Assembly (NCBI RefSeq): GCF_009914755.1
Contig: NC_060934.1
Reading direction: 5' to 3' (one strand)
Source of the DNA: the human T2T-CHM13v2.0 reference genome, Homo sapiens
DNA length: 64,000 bases
Shown: piece by piece, positions 1 through 19,489 of the stretch
Numbering within the stretch: the stretch's first letter is position 1
How the letters are laid out: every line of letters starts with the position of its first letter
The notes under the pieces: generated by a model
What the model was told of the DNA's origin: nothing
Database searches by the model: none
What the model saw: the letters and a program-made list of their open reading frames with translations, nothing else
Translations under genes and position numbers: made by a program

Positions 1-99
1 TAAATAAGTACTTGGTGAATTGAATAAGTGCCATTATGGTAGAAGAGAAAAACAAACAAATTACAAAAACAAGTCATAAGGAAAAAAGTAATTATAAAT

Positions 100-490
100 T
101 ATTACAAGTGCTATTAAAAAAGAACTAAGAAAAAGAATGAAATGGGGGACCTGTTTTTGGATAGAATCATCAGGGAAGGCCTCTCCAGGAAATGACATGT
201 AAGGTGAGACTTAAAAGATGAAAAGGAGCTGGCCACACGAAGAGTAGGGAGAACAGCATTTCAGGCAGAAGGACTAGCATATACAGAGATCCAGAGGCAG
301 ATATGCACATGGACCTGAAAGAACTGAAAGACCACTAGTTAGCTGGGACAGAATAAGGGCAGAGTGGCACCAGATGAAATCAGAAAGTAGCAGAGGCCAA
401 ACACAAAAGGCCAGTGTGGAGAGTTTGGCTTTTGCTCCAAGTGCAAAGGAGAGACATTGTGGGTTTTCAAGCAAGGGAATGACAAGATCC
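100..490 (-). mobile_element. L2 LINE fragment (degenerate)
   Basis: Purine-rich motifs typical of antisense L2 (cagggaaggcctctccagg...agcatttcaggcagaagg...ggagagacattgtgggttttcaagcaaggg). Boundaries are approximate. Confidence 0.55.
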
Positions 491-530
491 TCTAGCTTAC
501 TCAATCCATGACTCACACAAACAAACTTAA

Positions 531-959
<429 letters not shown>

Positions 960-962
960 TTA

Positions 963-998
963 GGTGGGGAACTTTTCTTCAGAGGGAGAAGCAATCTT
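963..998 (+). repeat. 36-bp exact direct repeat, copy 1
   Basis: ggtggggaacttttcttcagagggagaagcaatctt is identical to 2935-2970. Confidence 0.92.
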
Positions 999-1943
999 AA
1001 TAAAGATTTAATCCACTTCATTTTCTTTCACATCTGTAATGAATCCACAGTGGATAGTGTGACCCACTTCAAACAGAGGATAGACAGAAGGAGTACATAC
1101 GCTAGGCAGGAAGGGTTAGAGTAATTGAGAAAGAGGGCCATTGCCAAGGCCTATGAGGGCCCTGAGTAAAAGCACAGTCTGAGTTGAGAGCACCACATTA
1201 GACAAGAGATGATTTGGAAGATATTGTGAAATAGATTTCTCAGAGAAAAGAAGAACAGGATTCCAGTATACAATTAGTGAGACATTGACTGTTAAGGGCT
1301 GGACCTTCTGGTACAAATGCCCTAAGGGAACTTATAGAATATTTAAATTTATTTATCAGATAATTGTATTTTTCATTATCCTGCAGTAACAGGTCTTTTC
1401 CATTGTAAGATTCTTCCTGCAATGTTGGAGTTTATTCCCTTTCTTGAAGCTGCTTCATCTTGATACTCTTTTTTTAAAAAAAAGCTGCTTCATTTTAGAG
1501 ACTCACTTGGCAATAATTAAGACCACTGACATTAATATAACAAAATGTTTCTATTTTCCCATGATATATTGAGCAATTAAAATTATTGCCTGTCTTATAC
1601 AAGGAAATTTATTCCCAAAGGAAAAGCCTATGGGAAAACAGTGGCATGCTCAGATCCCCATTACCTGTTCACTGATGACAGATTAATTTAAAAGGGTACA
1701 TAATAGCTGAAATCTCCAAAATGCGTTAGTTGTTTTCTTAAATTTTTCTGAAAACAACCAAACAAAATTATAGTACTATGAGACAGTATGTGCCATAAAA
1801 ACAACTTTGGAGTTACTTTCAAATTTTTTCCTGGAGGATGAAGGATAGCTTATTAAATGTCAGTTATGAACTTAGTGACAACTAATTATCTTTCATTTCA
1901 CAGCAGCTGATAATAAGTAAGAGCAAAAATGGTGAATACCTAC

Positions 1944-1991
1944 TGTTGCCAGGTAACTGCATCTACTGTACTTCCTGCCACCTTCATGAAT
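1944..1991 (-). CDS. HPSE2: HPSE2 coding exon, probably exon 6 (48 nt, phase 2-2)
   Basis: Minus strand reads ctttctattccttacag|ATTCATGAAGGTGGCAGGAAGTACAGTAGATGCAGTTACCTGGCAACA|gtaggta. It gives (G)FMKVAGSTVDAVTWQ(H), continuing the previous exon's GG. Confidence 0.95.
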
Positions 1992-2934
1992 CTGTAAGGA
2001 ATAGAAAGAAAAAAGATATTACAACTTAGATTAAACCACATCCCCTAAATCAAAAGGAAATAAACTGAGACAGATTAGACCAATCCTTAAGCAGGTATGC
2101 TTTCTGAGAGGATCCTCCATAGCCACAATCATGGCCTAGACACAGCTATTGGAGGTCAAACTATACAGAAAGTGAAAGTAACCATACTTCCAGCTCCCCA
2201 CACATCCCTCACCATCTGGAAATCAAAATCCCAATAAGGCATTCTATCTACATCTGTCTTCCCAAGCCCACGCCTGATGACTCCCACATCAATTTCCTCA
2301 TAACCAAAACTTGTCTGTCCCATTTCCTATTCTCTAAGGACTCCAATCTCTGCTAGGAAACAAACAGTAATATTTCCCAAGGATGACAGCACAAAAGATG
2401 CCTTTGAAAAACTTCAGGCTTTCCTAGAGCGAGCATGGGAAAACCCAGTTTATTTATACAAGTAAAAAGTACCATCAAATATGCCCCAGTGAGAGGCTGC
2501 CACATCTGTCTCAGTGTAGAAAGTTGAGCAGCACAAAGAGAAATCTATCATCTACTTTTGGAGCAGCTAAATAGAGTACTGAGTGTTATCTGACAATCAT
2601 GCTCAGCTCAAAAGGTAAACCAGACTTGGTTCCGTGCAGTTAAGCATACATCAAAGCCTTGCCAGCAGTTCCCCAGCTTCTGTGTTTCTGGAGGCTTCAG
2701 GAAAATCAATAGGCCAAGAAGATGCATCTGGGGGCCCAAAGATGACACAGGGTCTCTCATAAATTGCATGTTTGTGAATAACTCAATTACCTATCTCCTT
2801 CTCCCTATCCACATGTTCTGAGGCCATGTGCTATCATGGTTATAACTACTAGTTGAGGGAGTCATTACCCAGGCACAGGAAACCAAAAGGAGTATCTCAG
2901 CTCTTTAAGACATTCCTTTCAGTCCGGAGACCCT

Positions 2935-2970
2935 GGTGGGGAACTTTTCTTCAGAGGGAGAAGCAATCTT
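2935..2970 (+). repeat. 36-bp exact direct repeat, copy 2
   Basis: Identical to 963-998. Confidence 0.92.
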
Positions 2971-3237
2971 TAATGGTACTTCTTAACTGAAGAATTCTTC
3001 CTCCAGGGAGAAGGATGGTGTTTTGTCTAGAAGGCCCTATCTCTACTTTACCCCAGCATAATCTTGCAAGGCAGATGCATGTTGCTCATGCTGTGTGGGT
3101 TGCTGTGTATTGCCTAAACAGAGGCTCTGATTTGCTGTGACAGCAGAAGAGAATTGAGTTTCTCTGGAGGAGTACATAAGAGAAACATAGGGCTGGATGC
3201 CAGGACTGTTGGTTAGCATTAAAGTGAAGTTTATAAA

Positions 3238-3345
3238 AGGAGAGGAAAAGAAGAAGGGGAAGGACAGGATGGGTCTGAGAAAGGGGGAAGAAAGAGAGAA
3301 GGAAGAGGAGGAGGAGGAGAAGGAGGACGAGGACGGAGGATGAGA
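3238..3345. repeat. GA-rich / (GAG)n low-complexity tract
   Basis: gaggaggaggaggagaaggaggacgaggacggagg and the flanking purine runs. Confidence 0.8.
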
Positions 3346-5907
3346 AGGCCACAGAAGCCCTGGCTTGGCCTTTGGCTGAATGGTTTTGCCTTTCTTTCTC
3401 CAGTACGATTCAGCAGTCCTCAAGCAAGAAAGTAGAAAATGACACATGGGAATGATCGAGGAATAGAACTGGTTTGATGGGCAGGGCCAAAATGTCAACG
3501 TGGGCTGGAGGGAATGTAACATTTACTACGTACCTACTGAGTGCCAGCCATTCACATGTTATTTCTTATAATTCTTAAAAAAGCCTTGCTTGGTAAGGTG
3601 GATATTGTCAGTTCCATTATATAGATTACCAGCTTCCCTATTGCCTAGAGAAGTACATCTCCTAACACTCCAAATAGCCAATTTTTGATGGAGTCATGCC
3701 ACCCCTCCTAGCAGCAGTCATTGGGAAGCATGGCACAGATATCCTCTGCTTTTGAAGCCCATGGATTTCTCTTCCTCTTTATCTCATCTCCTTTCCCCAG
3801 CCCAGGACAACCTCTTTTGGGTTTGGGAGAGTAGCTCCAATCTCCTCACTATTTCTGGCCCTATGCCTCTAAAATTCCTCTTCTGGAATTCAAAAGCCAG
3901 AAAGACTCATGCAGTATTTGCCTTTTCCTCCTGTCACGCGCTATCCTGTCATAGGCACACAACCAGCTCTTGAATGAATAGAAGGAAAATTGAAAAATAC
4001 AAGGAGAAAGAAAACAGATTAATATTCAAAATATTATCCCTGCCATCTATGCCACTCTAAGCAGGGAAGATCTGATAATAATCTTAGAAGTAGGATGGCC
4101 CAAGAATAAAGAGGAAGAGATGAAATTTTGTACCTCCTTCTCAGATATTCCAAAAATTAAAAAACCTAGACAATCTTAGACACAAATGTCATTTCAAAGA
4201 AAGAAACGTAAAAACAAATGTTTACATGGAATTTACTTCTCCAAAATAATTTCTAAAATCTCTGAAATAGAAATATTTTATGTAGGGACAGGGCCAAGAT
4301 AGCCAACTAGAAGCAGAGATGATCGGAGGCTCCCATAAAAAAAAAAAAAAAAAAAAAAAAAAACCATAATAGCGAGCCAATCCTGCACCAACAACCAAGG
4401 TATTCAGTTTCTGTCATCAGAACTGACTAGGCAGCTGGCGTGACCCACAGAGAGGAAGGAAGAGCAGTGTGGTGCTGCAGCCCACCTGAGAGCCACACAG
4501 GGCAGGGAAGCCCCGATCCTCAGTCAGGAAAGGCAGTCAGTGAGTGTGCTACCCAGCCTGGGAAAATGTGCTTTTTCCATGGAACTGTGTAAACCCATGG
4601 ATTGGAAGATCCCATTTATAAGCCCACACCACTGGGGCGAGGGTCCCAACCATGGAGCTGCGTAGATTCTCAACAGCCACTAAGCTAGAGTCTGCTTAAG
4701 CCTGCTGACCTCCCAGGAGGAGGGGTGACCAGCACCACAGCTGTGGCTCCCTGCTGTCTAAGCCTTTGAGCTCCTTAGGGGAGGGGCGACAGCCAACTCT
4801 GGGACCCATAGCTGCCTAACACACTAAGCTCCCAGGGTGGGGGAAGGCTGGCAGCCATCTCTACAACTCCAGGCTGTGCTTTTCCCCTGCTGGAGCCATG
4901 AATAGGGCCTGAACTGAACCCCCAGTGAACCGCAGCAGCCCTATAGAACAGGGACCTGACCACTGCAAGAAAAACAAACAAACAGAAGCAAAAACAACAG
5001 CATCAACAAAAAAATGTCCCACAAAAACCCCATCCAAGGGTCAGCAGCCTCAAAGATCGATAGTAGACAAACTCATGAAGATGAGAAAGAAGCAGTGAAA
5101 AAAAACACTGGAAACCCAAAAGGCCAGAGTGCCTCTTCTCCTCTAAATGATCACAGTGCCTCTCCAGCAAGGGCACAGAACTGGACAGAGGATGCGATGG
5201 ATGAATTGACAGAAGTAGGCTTCATTCAGAAGGTGGGTAACAACAAACTCCGCTGAGCTCAAGGAGCATGTTCTAACCCAGTGCAAAGAAGCTAAGAATC
5301 TTGATTAAAGGGTACAGGAGCTGCTAACTACCATAAGCAGTTTAGAGAGGAACATAAATAACTTGAAGGAGCTGAAAAACACAGCATGAGAACGTTGTGA
5401 AGTATACACAAGCATCAACAGCCAAATCAACCAAGTGGAAGAAAGAATATCAGAGTTTGAAGACCATCTTGCTGAAATAAGGCATGCAGACAAGAATAGA
5501 GAAAAAAGAATGAAAAGGAATGAACAAACCCTCTGGGAAGTATGGGACTATGTAAAAAGACTGAACATATGACTGACTGGAGTACCTGAAAGAGATGGGG
5601 AAAATGAAACCAAGTTGGAAAACACACTTCAGGATATTATCCAGAAAAACTTCCTCAACCTAGCAAGATAGGCCAACATTCAAATTCAGGAAATACAGAG
5701 AACCGCACTAAGATAATCTACAGGAAGATCAACCCCAAGACATGTAATGATCAGATTCCTCAAGGTCAAAATGAAGGAAAAAATGTTAAGGGCAGCCAGA
5801 GAGAAAGGCCAGGTCACCTACAAAGGGACTACAATCAGACTAACAGTGGTCCTCTCAGCAGAAACCCTGCAAGCCAGAAGAGAGTGGGGGCCAATATTCA
5901 ACATTCT

Positions 5908-9713
<3,806 letters not shown>

Positions 9714-11325
9714 ATAGTTTTAAACCCAGAATTTCAAATCCAGCCAAACTAAGCTTCATAAATGAAGGAGAAATAAAATCATTTCCAGACAAGCAAATGC
9801 TGAGGGATTTTGTCACCACCAGCCTGCCTTGCAAGAGCTCCTAAAGGAAGCACTAAATATGTAAAGGAAAAAACCAGTACCAGCCACTGCAAAAACATAC
9901 CAAAATATAAAGACCAATGACACTATGAAGAAGCTGCATCAACAAGTGTGCAAAATAACCAGATAGCATCATGATGGCAGGATCAAATTTACACATAACA
10001 ATATTAACCTTAAATGTAAATGGGCTAAATGCCCCAATAAAAGACACAGGCTGTCAAATTGGATAAAGAGTCAAGACCCATTGGTGTGCTGTATTCAGGA
10101 GGCCCATCTCATGTGCAAAGACACACACAGGCTCAAAATAAAGGGATGGAGGAATATTTACCAAGCAAATGGAACACTCACACAAAAAGCAGGGGTTGCA
10201 ATCCTAGTCTCTAATGAAACAGACTTTAAACCAACAGAGATCAAAAAAGACAAAGAAGGGCATTACATAATGTTAAAGGAATCGATTCAACAAGAAGAGC
10301 CAACTATCCTAAATATAAATGCACCCAATACAGAAGCACCCAGATTCATAATACAAGTTCTTAGAGACCTATAAAGAGACTTAGACTCCCACATAATAAT
10401 AGTGGGAGACTTTAACACCCCACTGTCAATATTAGACAGATCAACGAGACAGAAAATTAACAAGGATATTCAGGACTTAAACTCAGCTCTGGATCAAGAC
10501 ATCTACAGAACTCTCCACCACAAGTCAACCACATGGCACTTATTCTAAAATCAACCACACAATTGGAAGTAAAACACTTCTCAGCAAATGCAAAAGAATG
10601 GAAATCATAACAGTCTCTCAGACCACAGTGCAATCAAATTAGAACTCAGGATTAAGAAACTCACTCAGAAATCACACAACCACTTGGAATTTGAACAACC
10701 TGCTCCTGAATGACTCCTGAGTAAATAATTAAACTGAGGAAGAAATAAAGAAGTTCTTTTAAACCAATGAAAACAGAGACGAGACAACGTACCAGAATCT
10801 CTGGGACACAGCTAGAGCAGAGGGAAATTTACAGCACTAAATGCCAACATCAGAAAGCTGGAAAGATGTCAAATCAACACCCTAACATCACAGTTAAAAG
10901 AGCTAGAGAAGCAAGAGCCAACAAATCCAAAAGCTAGCAGAAGAGAAGAAATAACTAAGATCAGAGCAGAATTGAAGGAGATAGATGCATGAAAAACCCT
11001 TCAAGAAAAAAAACAATGAATCCAGGAGCTGGTTTTTAGTAAAAATTAACAAAATAGATAGACTGCTAACTAGACTAATAAAGAAGAAAAGAGAGAAGAA
11101 TCAAACAGACACAATAAAAAATGATAAAGGAGATATCACCACTTACCCCACAGAAATACAAACTACCATCAGAAAATGCTATAAACACCTCTACACAAAC
11201 AAACTTGAAAATCTAGAAGTGGATACATTCCTGGAAACATATACCCTCCCAAGACTAAACCAGGAAGAAGTTGAATCCCTGAATAAACCAATAGCAAGTA
11301 CTGAAATTTAGGCAGTAATTAATAG

Positions 11326-11550
<225 letters not shown>

Positions 11551-14039
11551 TAAAATGCTGGCAAACTAAATCCAGCAGCACATCAAGAAACTTATCCACC
11601 GTGATCAAGTCGGCTTCATCCCTGGGATGCAGGGCTGGTTCAACATATGCAAGTCAATAAACATAATCCATCACATAAACAGAACCACTGACAAAAATCA
11701 CATGATAATCTCAATAGATGCAGAAAACCCCTTTGATAAAAATCAACATCTCTTCATGTTAGAAACTCTCAATAAAATAGGTATTCATGGAACATATCTC
11801 AAAATAATGAGCTATGTGTGACAAACCTACAGCCAATATCATACTGAATGGGCAAAAGCTGGAAGCATTGCCTTTGAAAACTGGCCAAGACAAGGATGCC
11901 GTCTCTCACCACTCCTATTCAACATAGTATTGGAAATTCTGGACAGACAATCAGACAAGAGAAAGAAATAAAGAGTATTCAAATAGGAAGAGAGGAAGTC
12001 AAGTAGTCTCTGTTTGCAGAAGACATGATTCTGTATTTAGAAAACCCCATCATCTCAGCCCAAAAACTCCTTAAGCTGATAAACAACTTCAGCAAAGTCT
12101 CAGGAGACAAAATCAAAGTGCAAAAATCACAAGCATTCCTATACACCAATAGACAAACAGCCAAATCATGAATGAACTCCTATTCGCAATTGCTACAAAG
12201 AGAATAAAATACCTAGGGATACAGCTAACAAGGGATGTGAAGGACTCTTCAAGGAGAACTACAAACCACTGCTCAAGAAAATCAGAGGACACAAACAAAT
12301 GGAAAAACATTCCATCCTCATGGATAGGAAGAATCAATACCGTGAAAATGGCCACACTGCCCAAAGTAATTTACAGATTCAATGCTATTCCCATCAAACT
12401 ACCATTGACATTTTTCACAGAGTTAGAAAAAACTACTTTAAATTTCATATGGAACCAAAAAAAAAGCCCAGATAGCCAAGACAATCCTAAGCAAAAAGAA
12501 GGAAGCTAGAGGCATCATGCTACCTGACTTCAAACTATACTACAAGGCTACAGTATTTAAAACAGCATGGTACTTGTCCCAAAACAGACATAAAGACCAA
12601 TGGAACAGAACAGAGACCTCAGATATAACACCACACATCTACAACCATCTGATCTTCGACAAATTGGACAAAACAAACAATGGAGAAAGGATTCCCTATT
12701 TAATATATTGTGCTGGGAAAACTGGCTAGCCATATGCGGAAAACTGAAACTTGACCTTTTCCTTACACCTTATACAAACATTAACTCAAGATGGATTAAA
12801 GACTTAAATGTAAAACCCCAAACCATAAGAACCCTAGAAGAAAACCTAGGCAATATCATTCAGGACATAGGCATGGGCAAAGGCTTCATGACGAAAATGC
12901 CAAAAGCAACTGCAACCAAAGACAAAATTGACAAATGGGATCTAATTAAACTAAGAGCTTCTGCCCAGCAAAAGAAACTACAATCAGAGTAAACAGGCAA
13001 CATACAGAATGGGAGAAAAGTTTTGCAATATGCCCATCTAACAAAGGTCTAATATCCAGAATCTACAAGGAACTTAAACAAATTTACAAGAAAAAAACAA
13101 CCCCATAAAAACTGGGCAAAGGATATGAACAGACACTTCTCAAAAGAAGATATTAATGTGGTGAACAAATATATGAAAAAAAGCTCAACAGCATTGATCA
13201 TTAGAGAAATGCAAATCAAAACCACAATGAGATACCATCTCACATCAGTCAGAATGGCAGTTATTTCAAAAGTCAAGAAACAATAGATGCTGGCAAAGCT
13301 GCGGAGAAATAGGAATGCTTTTACACTGTTGGTGGGAATGTAAATTAGTTCAACCATTGTGGAAGATGGCGTGGCAATTCCTCAAGGATCTAGAACCAGA
13401 AATACCATTTGACCTAGCCATCCCATTACTGGGTACGCACCCAAAGGAATATAAATAATTCTACTATGAAGACATATGCACATGTATGTTTATTGTAGCA
13501 CTATTTACAATAGCAAAGACATGGAACCAACCCAAATGCCCTTTAATGATAGACTAAATAAAGAAAATGTGGTACAGACACACCATGGAATAATACGCAG
13601 CCTTAAAAGGAATGAAATCATGTCCTTTGCAGTGACATGGGTGAAGCCGGAAGCCATTATCCTCAGCAAACTAACACAGGAACAGAAAACCAAACACTGC
13701 ATGTTCTCACTCATAAGTGGGAGCTGAACAATGAGAACACATGGACACAGGGAGGGGAGCAACACACACTGGGTCCAGTCGCGGGGTGGGGGAGTGAGGA
13801 GAGGGAGAGCATTAGCATAAATAGCTAATGCATGCCGGGCTTAAAACCTAGATGATGGGTTTGATAGGTGCAGGATGCCACCATGACACACGTAGACCTA
13901 TGTAACAAACCTACATGTCCTGCACTTGTATCCTGGAACTTAAAGTAAAATTCAAAACAAAAGAAATATTTTATGTGAAACTGTTTTATAATCATATACA
14001 AATAACCATAATGAAAACAATACTGACATTAATAGAGCT

Positions 14040-14245
14040 TTGTCATAAAATGCTTTTCAGTTTCTTATATGTATAGCTTCCCATAGTCCTCAAAACAATC
14101 CAGTAAGGTAGATATTTCTGTATTTCAGTGGAGGAGGTTGTGAGATTATGAGACTTGCTCAAATTCATGTAGTTAGTGCAGGCTAAACTCAGGTTCTGAT
14201 TCCAAATCCGACCATCTTTCCAGTATCTTATGCTGCCTCCAAGCT
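14040..14245 (-). mobile_element. MIR fragment
   Basis: cctcaaaacaatccagtaaggtagat...gacttgctcaaattcatgtagttagtg resembles an antisense MIR core. Confidence 0.5.
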
Positions 14246-16203
14246 GTTTTCACTGAGGCTAGGAAGTATAGTAAACTCTAAGATACAAAAAATTAGCTGA
14301 ATTTTTGCTTGGAGAAAATGCTACCATATTGATTAGAAAAAGGAAAAAGCTGGAGCACCTTCTTTGCTTGTTAGCTTCCTCTCACAGACTTGAGCCCTTC
14401 AATGCTTATTGTAAGACAATGTGCTGGATGCAGGTATCAGAAGACGACTGGCTCAGGGCCTCTGCTACAAGACAACCACAATGAAGCCCAGGAGACAGAA
14501 ATGTGGACAAGGACATACCAAAATTTCTGTGTGCTGTAACAGATTATTAGTTTGTACCAGTAGTACAGTAAGAGGACCTCAGTAAGAGGAGCAGTTAGGT
14601 CTGCCTTATGGTGTCAGAAGGAATACAGATTAAGAAAACCTTCATATTGTCTACAATGTTGAATATGAGATTGAAAGAAGGGTAGGATTTTGCCAGGAGG
14701 AGCAGCCCAGGCAAAGAACAGCATGAGCAAAACAAGGAAGAGTCAAAATGAGCTGTTCACAGAAGTCCAGTATGGCTAGATGTCAGGGAACAAGTAAGGG
14801 AATGGCAGGAGGTCAGGTTGGTCAGATCACTAGGAGCTACCCTGTGTTGCCTTTATAAGTCTGGCCTTTACCCTTAACAACAAGGTACAAGTCCAGGTCC
14901 TATTTACCTTTGTATGATTAGCACCCAACATAATATTGTAAAATATAGCCAGCTCATCTTCCACGTATGTTTGTTGAATTTATTCCATCTTTAAACACAC
15001 ACAAGGGATTCTCAGGATCAGATTTGCATTTCAGGATCTGGCTAAACACTGAAATGAAAGATACTGGTGAAGATAAGCTGGCAAGAGATTACTACAGAGA
15101 CATGGGAGGCTTTGAAATGTAGGAATGAAAAAAAAAAAGGCCCACTTTAGAAACACTGTTGGTGTGCTCAAGAGAAAGAAGGGAATGCCAAAATGTTAAT
15201 TGCAATAATGAATGCTATTATCCAAGATGAGACCCAGGAGAGGACTTTCAATGCCACTGCTGGTAAATATATTCCAGTCCTTCTGAATATGCCTCAAATA
15301 ACTTGAAGTACTAGTCATTGATATTAACAGCCCTATATTCATAAGAAAATTAAGACCAAATAAATCATTAATGCCCTACTTGGCTAAAAGTCTCTGGACA
15401 GGCAATTCAGAACATTTCTAATTTGGCATGTTGAAAATTGGAAACTGGTCCTTCATGACACTATAATCAGGAGATCCTCATATGCACTGAATAGTTTTCT
15501 CTGCTATATGTGAGAATTAAGTCCTCATATAATGTTCTATTAACTAAAGGAACATTATATAAAAAATGAGAAAACTATTATTTAAATGTTAGTGATATTT
15601 AAAGTACTGTTATTGTATTCTCTCCACATCTGCACCCTACATCTCAAAGAAAATCCATAATATCTATAATTAAATAGGAAATATCCTGAGCCCATAAGTA
15701 GAATAGTATATAGTTTACAGAAAAATAGTTTAAAATCAGATATAGGAAAAGAGCTACCATGATCCTACAGAGGAAAATCAATTATTCTTCTTAAACCAAT
15801 TTATAGGCTTAATGAAATTCGAATAAAAAGTCCCAGCAGATATTTTTCAAGCTTTACAAAACCATTCTAACATTCATCTGGAAGAAGCCAAGAAAATTTT
15901 GAAAAACTGGAATAATGAAGGGGCATTTATTGGATCTACCATATATTATCATGAAATTTGTAATGATTAAAACATTCAAGATTTAGTAAGGAGATCTATG
16001 GAATAAAATTTAAAAAACTATATAAGAATTTATTACATAAAAAGGAATTCAGTATGTGAAAAACTGAAGCATTTTGAAATGTGCTATGTGATTTGTTGTC
16101 TACTTGGGAAAAAAATTAAAGTCACAGATCCTCACCTAATATTCTGTATAAGAAATCAAAATATTAAAATGTAGTTTAGTTTCATTATATTTAAAAAATT
16201 TCA

Positions 16204-16501
<298 letters not shown>

Positions 16502-18649
16502 TCAATCCCAATTTAATATTTTTAGACAAATTATATTATTTTTTAACCGTAGTGGTATATTGAAGCAGTAGAAAAGTTGTTTTACCTGACTTTGAGGAAA
16601 CACCATTATTAAGTATGTGCTCATGTAAAAATTGCTGTAAGCTACATTTTTTCCTTTTTCCTTCCTAACAAAATGATGAGATCAACTTCAACCATATGGA
16701 AGCATTTCTACACTTAGTTTGAGGAGGAAAAAATCAAATTTGCAAACAATGTCAAACAAAATATGCATTTCCAAATTCTAGCAAGATGACCAAACACATC
16801 CTTCTCTTTTTAGAAAGACCTCATCTAAAATAGGACAACTATTCTGTTTCCAGAAGTCTTCGAATAATATTTATATTTTTTAAAAACTAGAAAAGGAAAG
16901 CCAACCACAGAAATAACTCATGAAGAAAAATAATTAGATACAATTCCAAAGAACAGCTATTACAGTCAATGAGTTTGGAGTATTCTCCCTGCCCCCATGA
17001 ACCTTCCCTGAACGTTAGGCTTTCTATATCTTATATGCAGAAATCTATACCATTCCTATACTCCATTTTTATATCTGTATTGACACTGTGGAGGACAATT
17101 CCAAAAAGATCATTATTTTCTTTGTTCAAATCTAACATTGATAGATTGTTCTGCTCTCTAGTTCTGCCTGTTTCTCGGAAACTGGCCCAAACCACATAAA
17201 TGAACAACTTCAACACAGCTGCAAAATGCTCAGCAACAGTAATATTAGAGGTGGAATAACATGCACACGGAATAGTGCTGTCAGGAGTGAAATTCCACTG
17301 GGAGAGTGAAATTCTGTTTAGGGTCTGGTATTATCCAAGGACTTTCTACCATTCACTTCCATTCTAATCCCTAGATTTAGGTCTATGAAGGTACAAGTTA
17401 ATGATGACTCAGGCTGTGAATACTGACAAGAGTGGAAGATCTTGGTTTTCCAAGGTTGGATGTTTCCATAGCTGAATTATGGTGACAGAAATCTGGACTA
17501 TGATCTCAGAGGACAAGGGGTCTTTGCCCTCATGCTGATCTTCAGTCACACAGAAAAGTGTAAGAGAGGGAAGAGGACAGGGCCTGTATCTAATGAAATT
17601 GGCCAGTGCCAGGCAGACATTTCGGTATTTGGGGGCCTTCCCATCAGGGCCATTCTGCTACTATAGAAAATAACAAAATATCTCCTTTCATTGTGAGAGT
17701 TCCTACCCCCACCCAACAGGGGACTCCAAATCTAGGAGAATTTCTTTCCTTTGTTATCCACCTGCACATATGATGTATCTGAAATATTGTTGAGCCTTCT
17801 CTCCCAGGGCATATCACAGCTCTCTATTATAATAAGGCCCATCTTTACTCATGGTCTTTGGGGTTTGATTTCTACTTCTGGATCACAGATTGCAACCCTA
17901 AAATCTGATTTCTGAATTTTGCTCCCAGGAAAGGGGATAAATCCTTCACCAGGAACTGGATATCTAACTGAGTACATACTTTAATAAGAGCATAGTAGCC
18001 TGATCTTTCCTGTCCACAAAGAGAATCTTTGGTTATGCTAACTAACACAAATAAGATGTGACAGCCGTTCTACACAAAAGCCTAGGGAAAGCTTGTGAGA
18101 AAATAATTCATCCTGAGTTATAGTAAACCAGGCTGAACTCTAGATAAACAACATTTTGGGGCATCTTTCATTTGGTCCAAAGCCACTTACTTTTTCATGG
18201 TTAATTATATGTCGAGCTAGACTGGGTGCTACATAGAAGAAATGAAATATTGACCTCTCTCTCTCTTTCTCCCTTTCTCCTTCTCTCCCTCACCTTCAGT
18301 CCTCCATTTCTTTCTCCTTTACTCACTCCTTGCCTCTCCTCTCCCCATCCCTATTTATGTATATTAATAATATCACATTGGCAGTGGACCAATAAAAAGT
18401 ATATAGTTATATGTTTGTCGACTTTAATGGCTAGTGCAGATCTCTATTTAGGCTTCCCTTGGAGCTTATGTTTCCCTTAGTTTGATAGGTTTATAGAGGC
18501 TTAAATATACAGGAATTAAGATGGGTGAGACTCTTTGACCAATCCATCTTGTTGATAAAAGTTACTTCCTTGCAGTTTAATTTAAGGAGAATCCTGAATG
18601 AAGAAAGGAAAAAATAAGTTAATTACCATTTGCCGACTGACAGGCATTT

Positions 18650-18800
18650 GGTAAGCAGATTATCTATTTTACAACTCTATAAGGTTGGTATTATTAATCT
18701 CATTTTCTAGATAAGAAACTGTGCTCAAGATCACACAGGCAGTTAATTGCAGAGCTGGGATTCAAACCCAATTCTGATTCTAAAGCCCTTGTTATAACCA
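18650..18800 (-). mobile_element. MIR fragment
   Basis: ctcattttctagataagaaactgtg...gcagagctgggattcaaaccc. Confidence 0.6.
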
Positions 18801-19489
18801 TGCAGAGTTGGCAAATTTGTACCACATGTGGTATTGTTCCTTTTTGCTGAGCCTATAGTAAGAGAGCTCAATACTCCCTCATTTATCTCACAATTGGCCT
18901 AAGATTTTTTCTCAAGATAGAGTGCCAGGCCCTGTTTACTAAAACTGGCACCCAAGATGAAGCCTATTTGCTGCCAGTGAAGGGTTGAGAGATGGGAGGC
19001 TATAGGACAATGTCTGGAACAAGATAGAGGCAGATGTGAGAGAATAACACATATAGGAAGACCAAATAGATTTGCTTGATTGGAAAGAAGAAAAAGACAG
19101 GGAAATGGGGGATGATGAGAAAAGATGATGAAAGAGATCTGGAAGGCTCTGGCTGGAGCTGGAAGGTGCTGGTTAGAAGATCATGATACACACCCCTTGA
19201 CAGTCCAAAATGCTGCTGAGGAAGTTGTAAAGACTTGGATTCAAGCAAAGAAGGCTCTAATAACCTGAAATGATTTGACCTGGCTGTAGAGCCTGGTGAG
19301 AAGGAGGAAAAATGCATCAGGATTTTGTTATTTATTTCACATGAAAAAGCAAACTTTTTCTTTTGGAGCTCAAGCCCTGCTATAAACCTGACTGTAAGTG
19401 TGAACATTGAGGAACTGAGGTTGAGAAGAACTGTATTTTATTTTGTATGCTAGACTATTTAGCTTAATTGAAATATGAAGATTCAGAAA

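Noticed and set aside
3043-3522. 159-aa Ser/Phe-rich ORF
   Set aside because: Product of the GA-rich low-complexity tract read on the minus strand.
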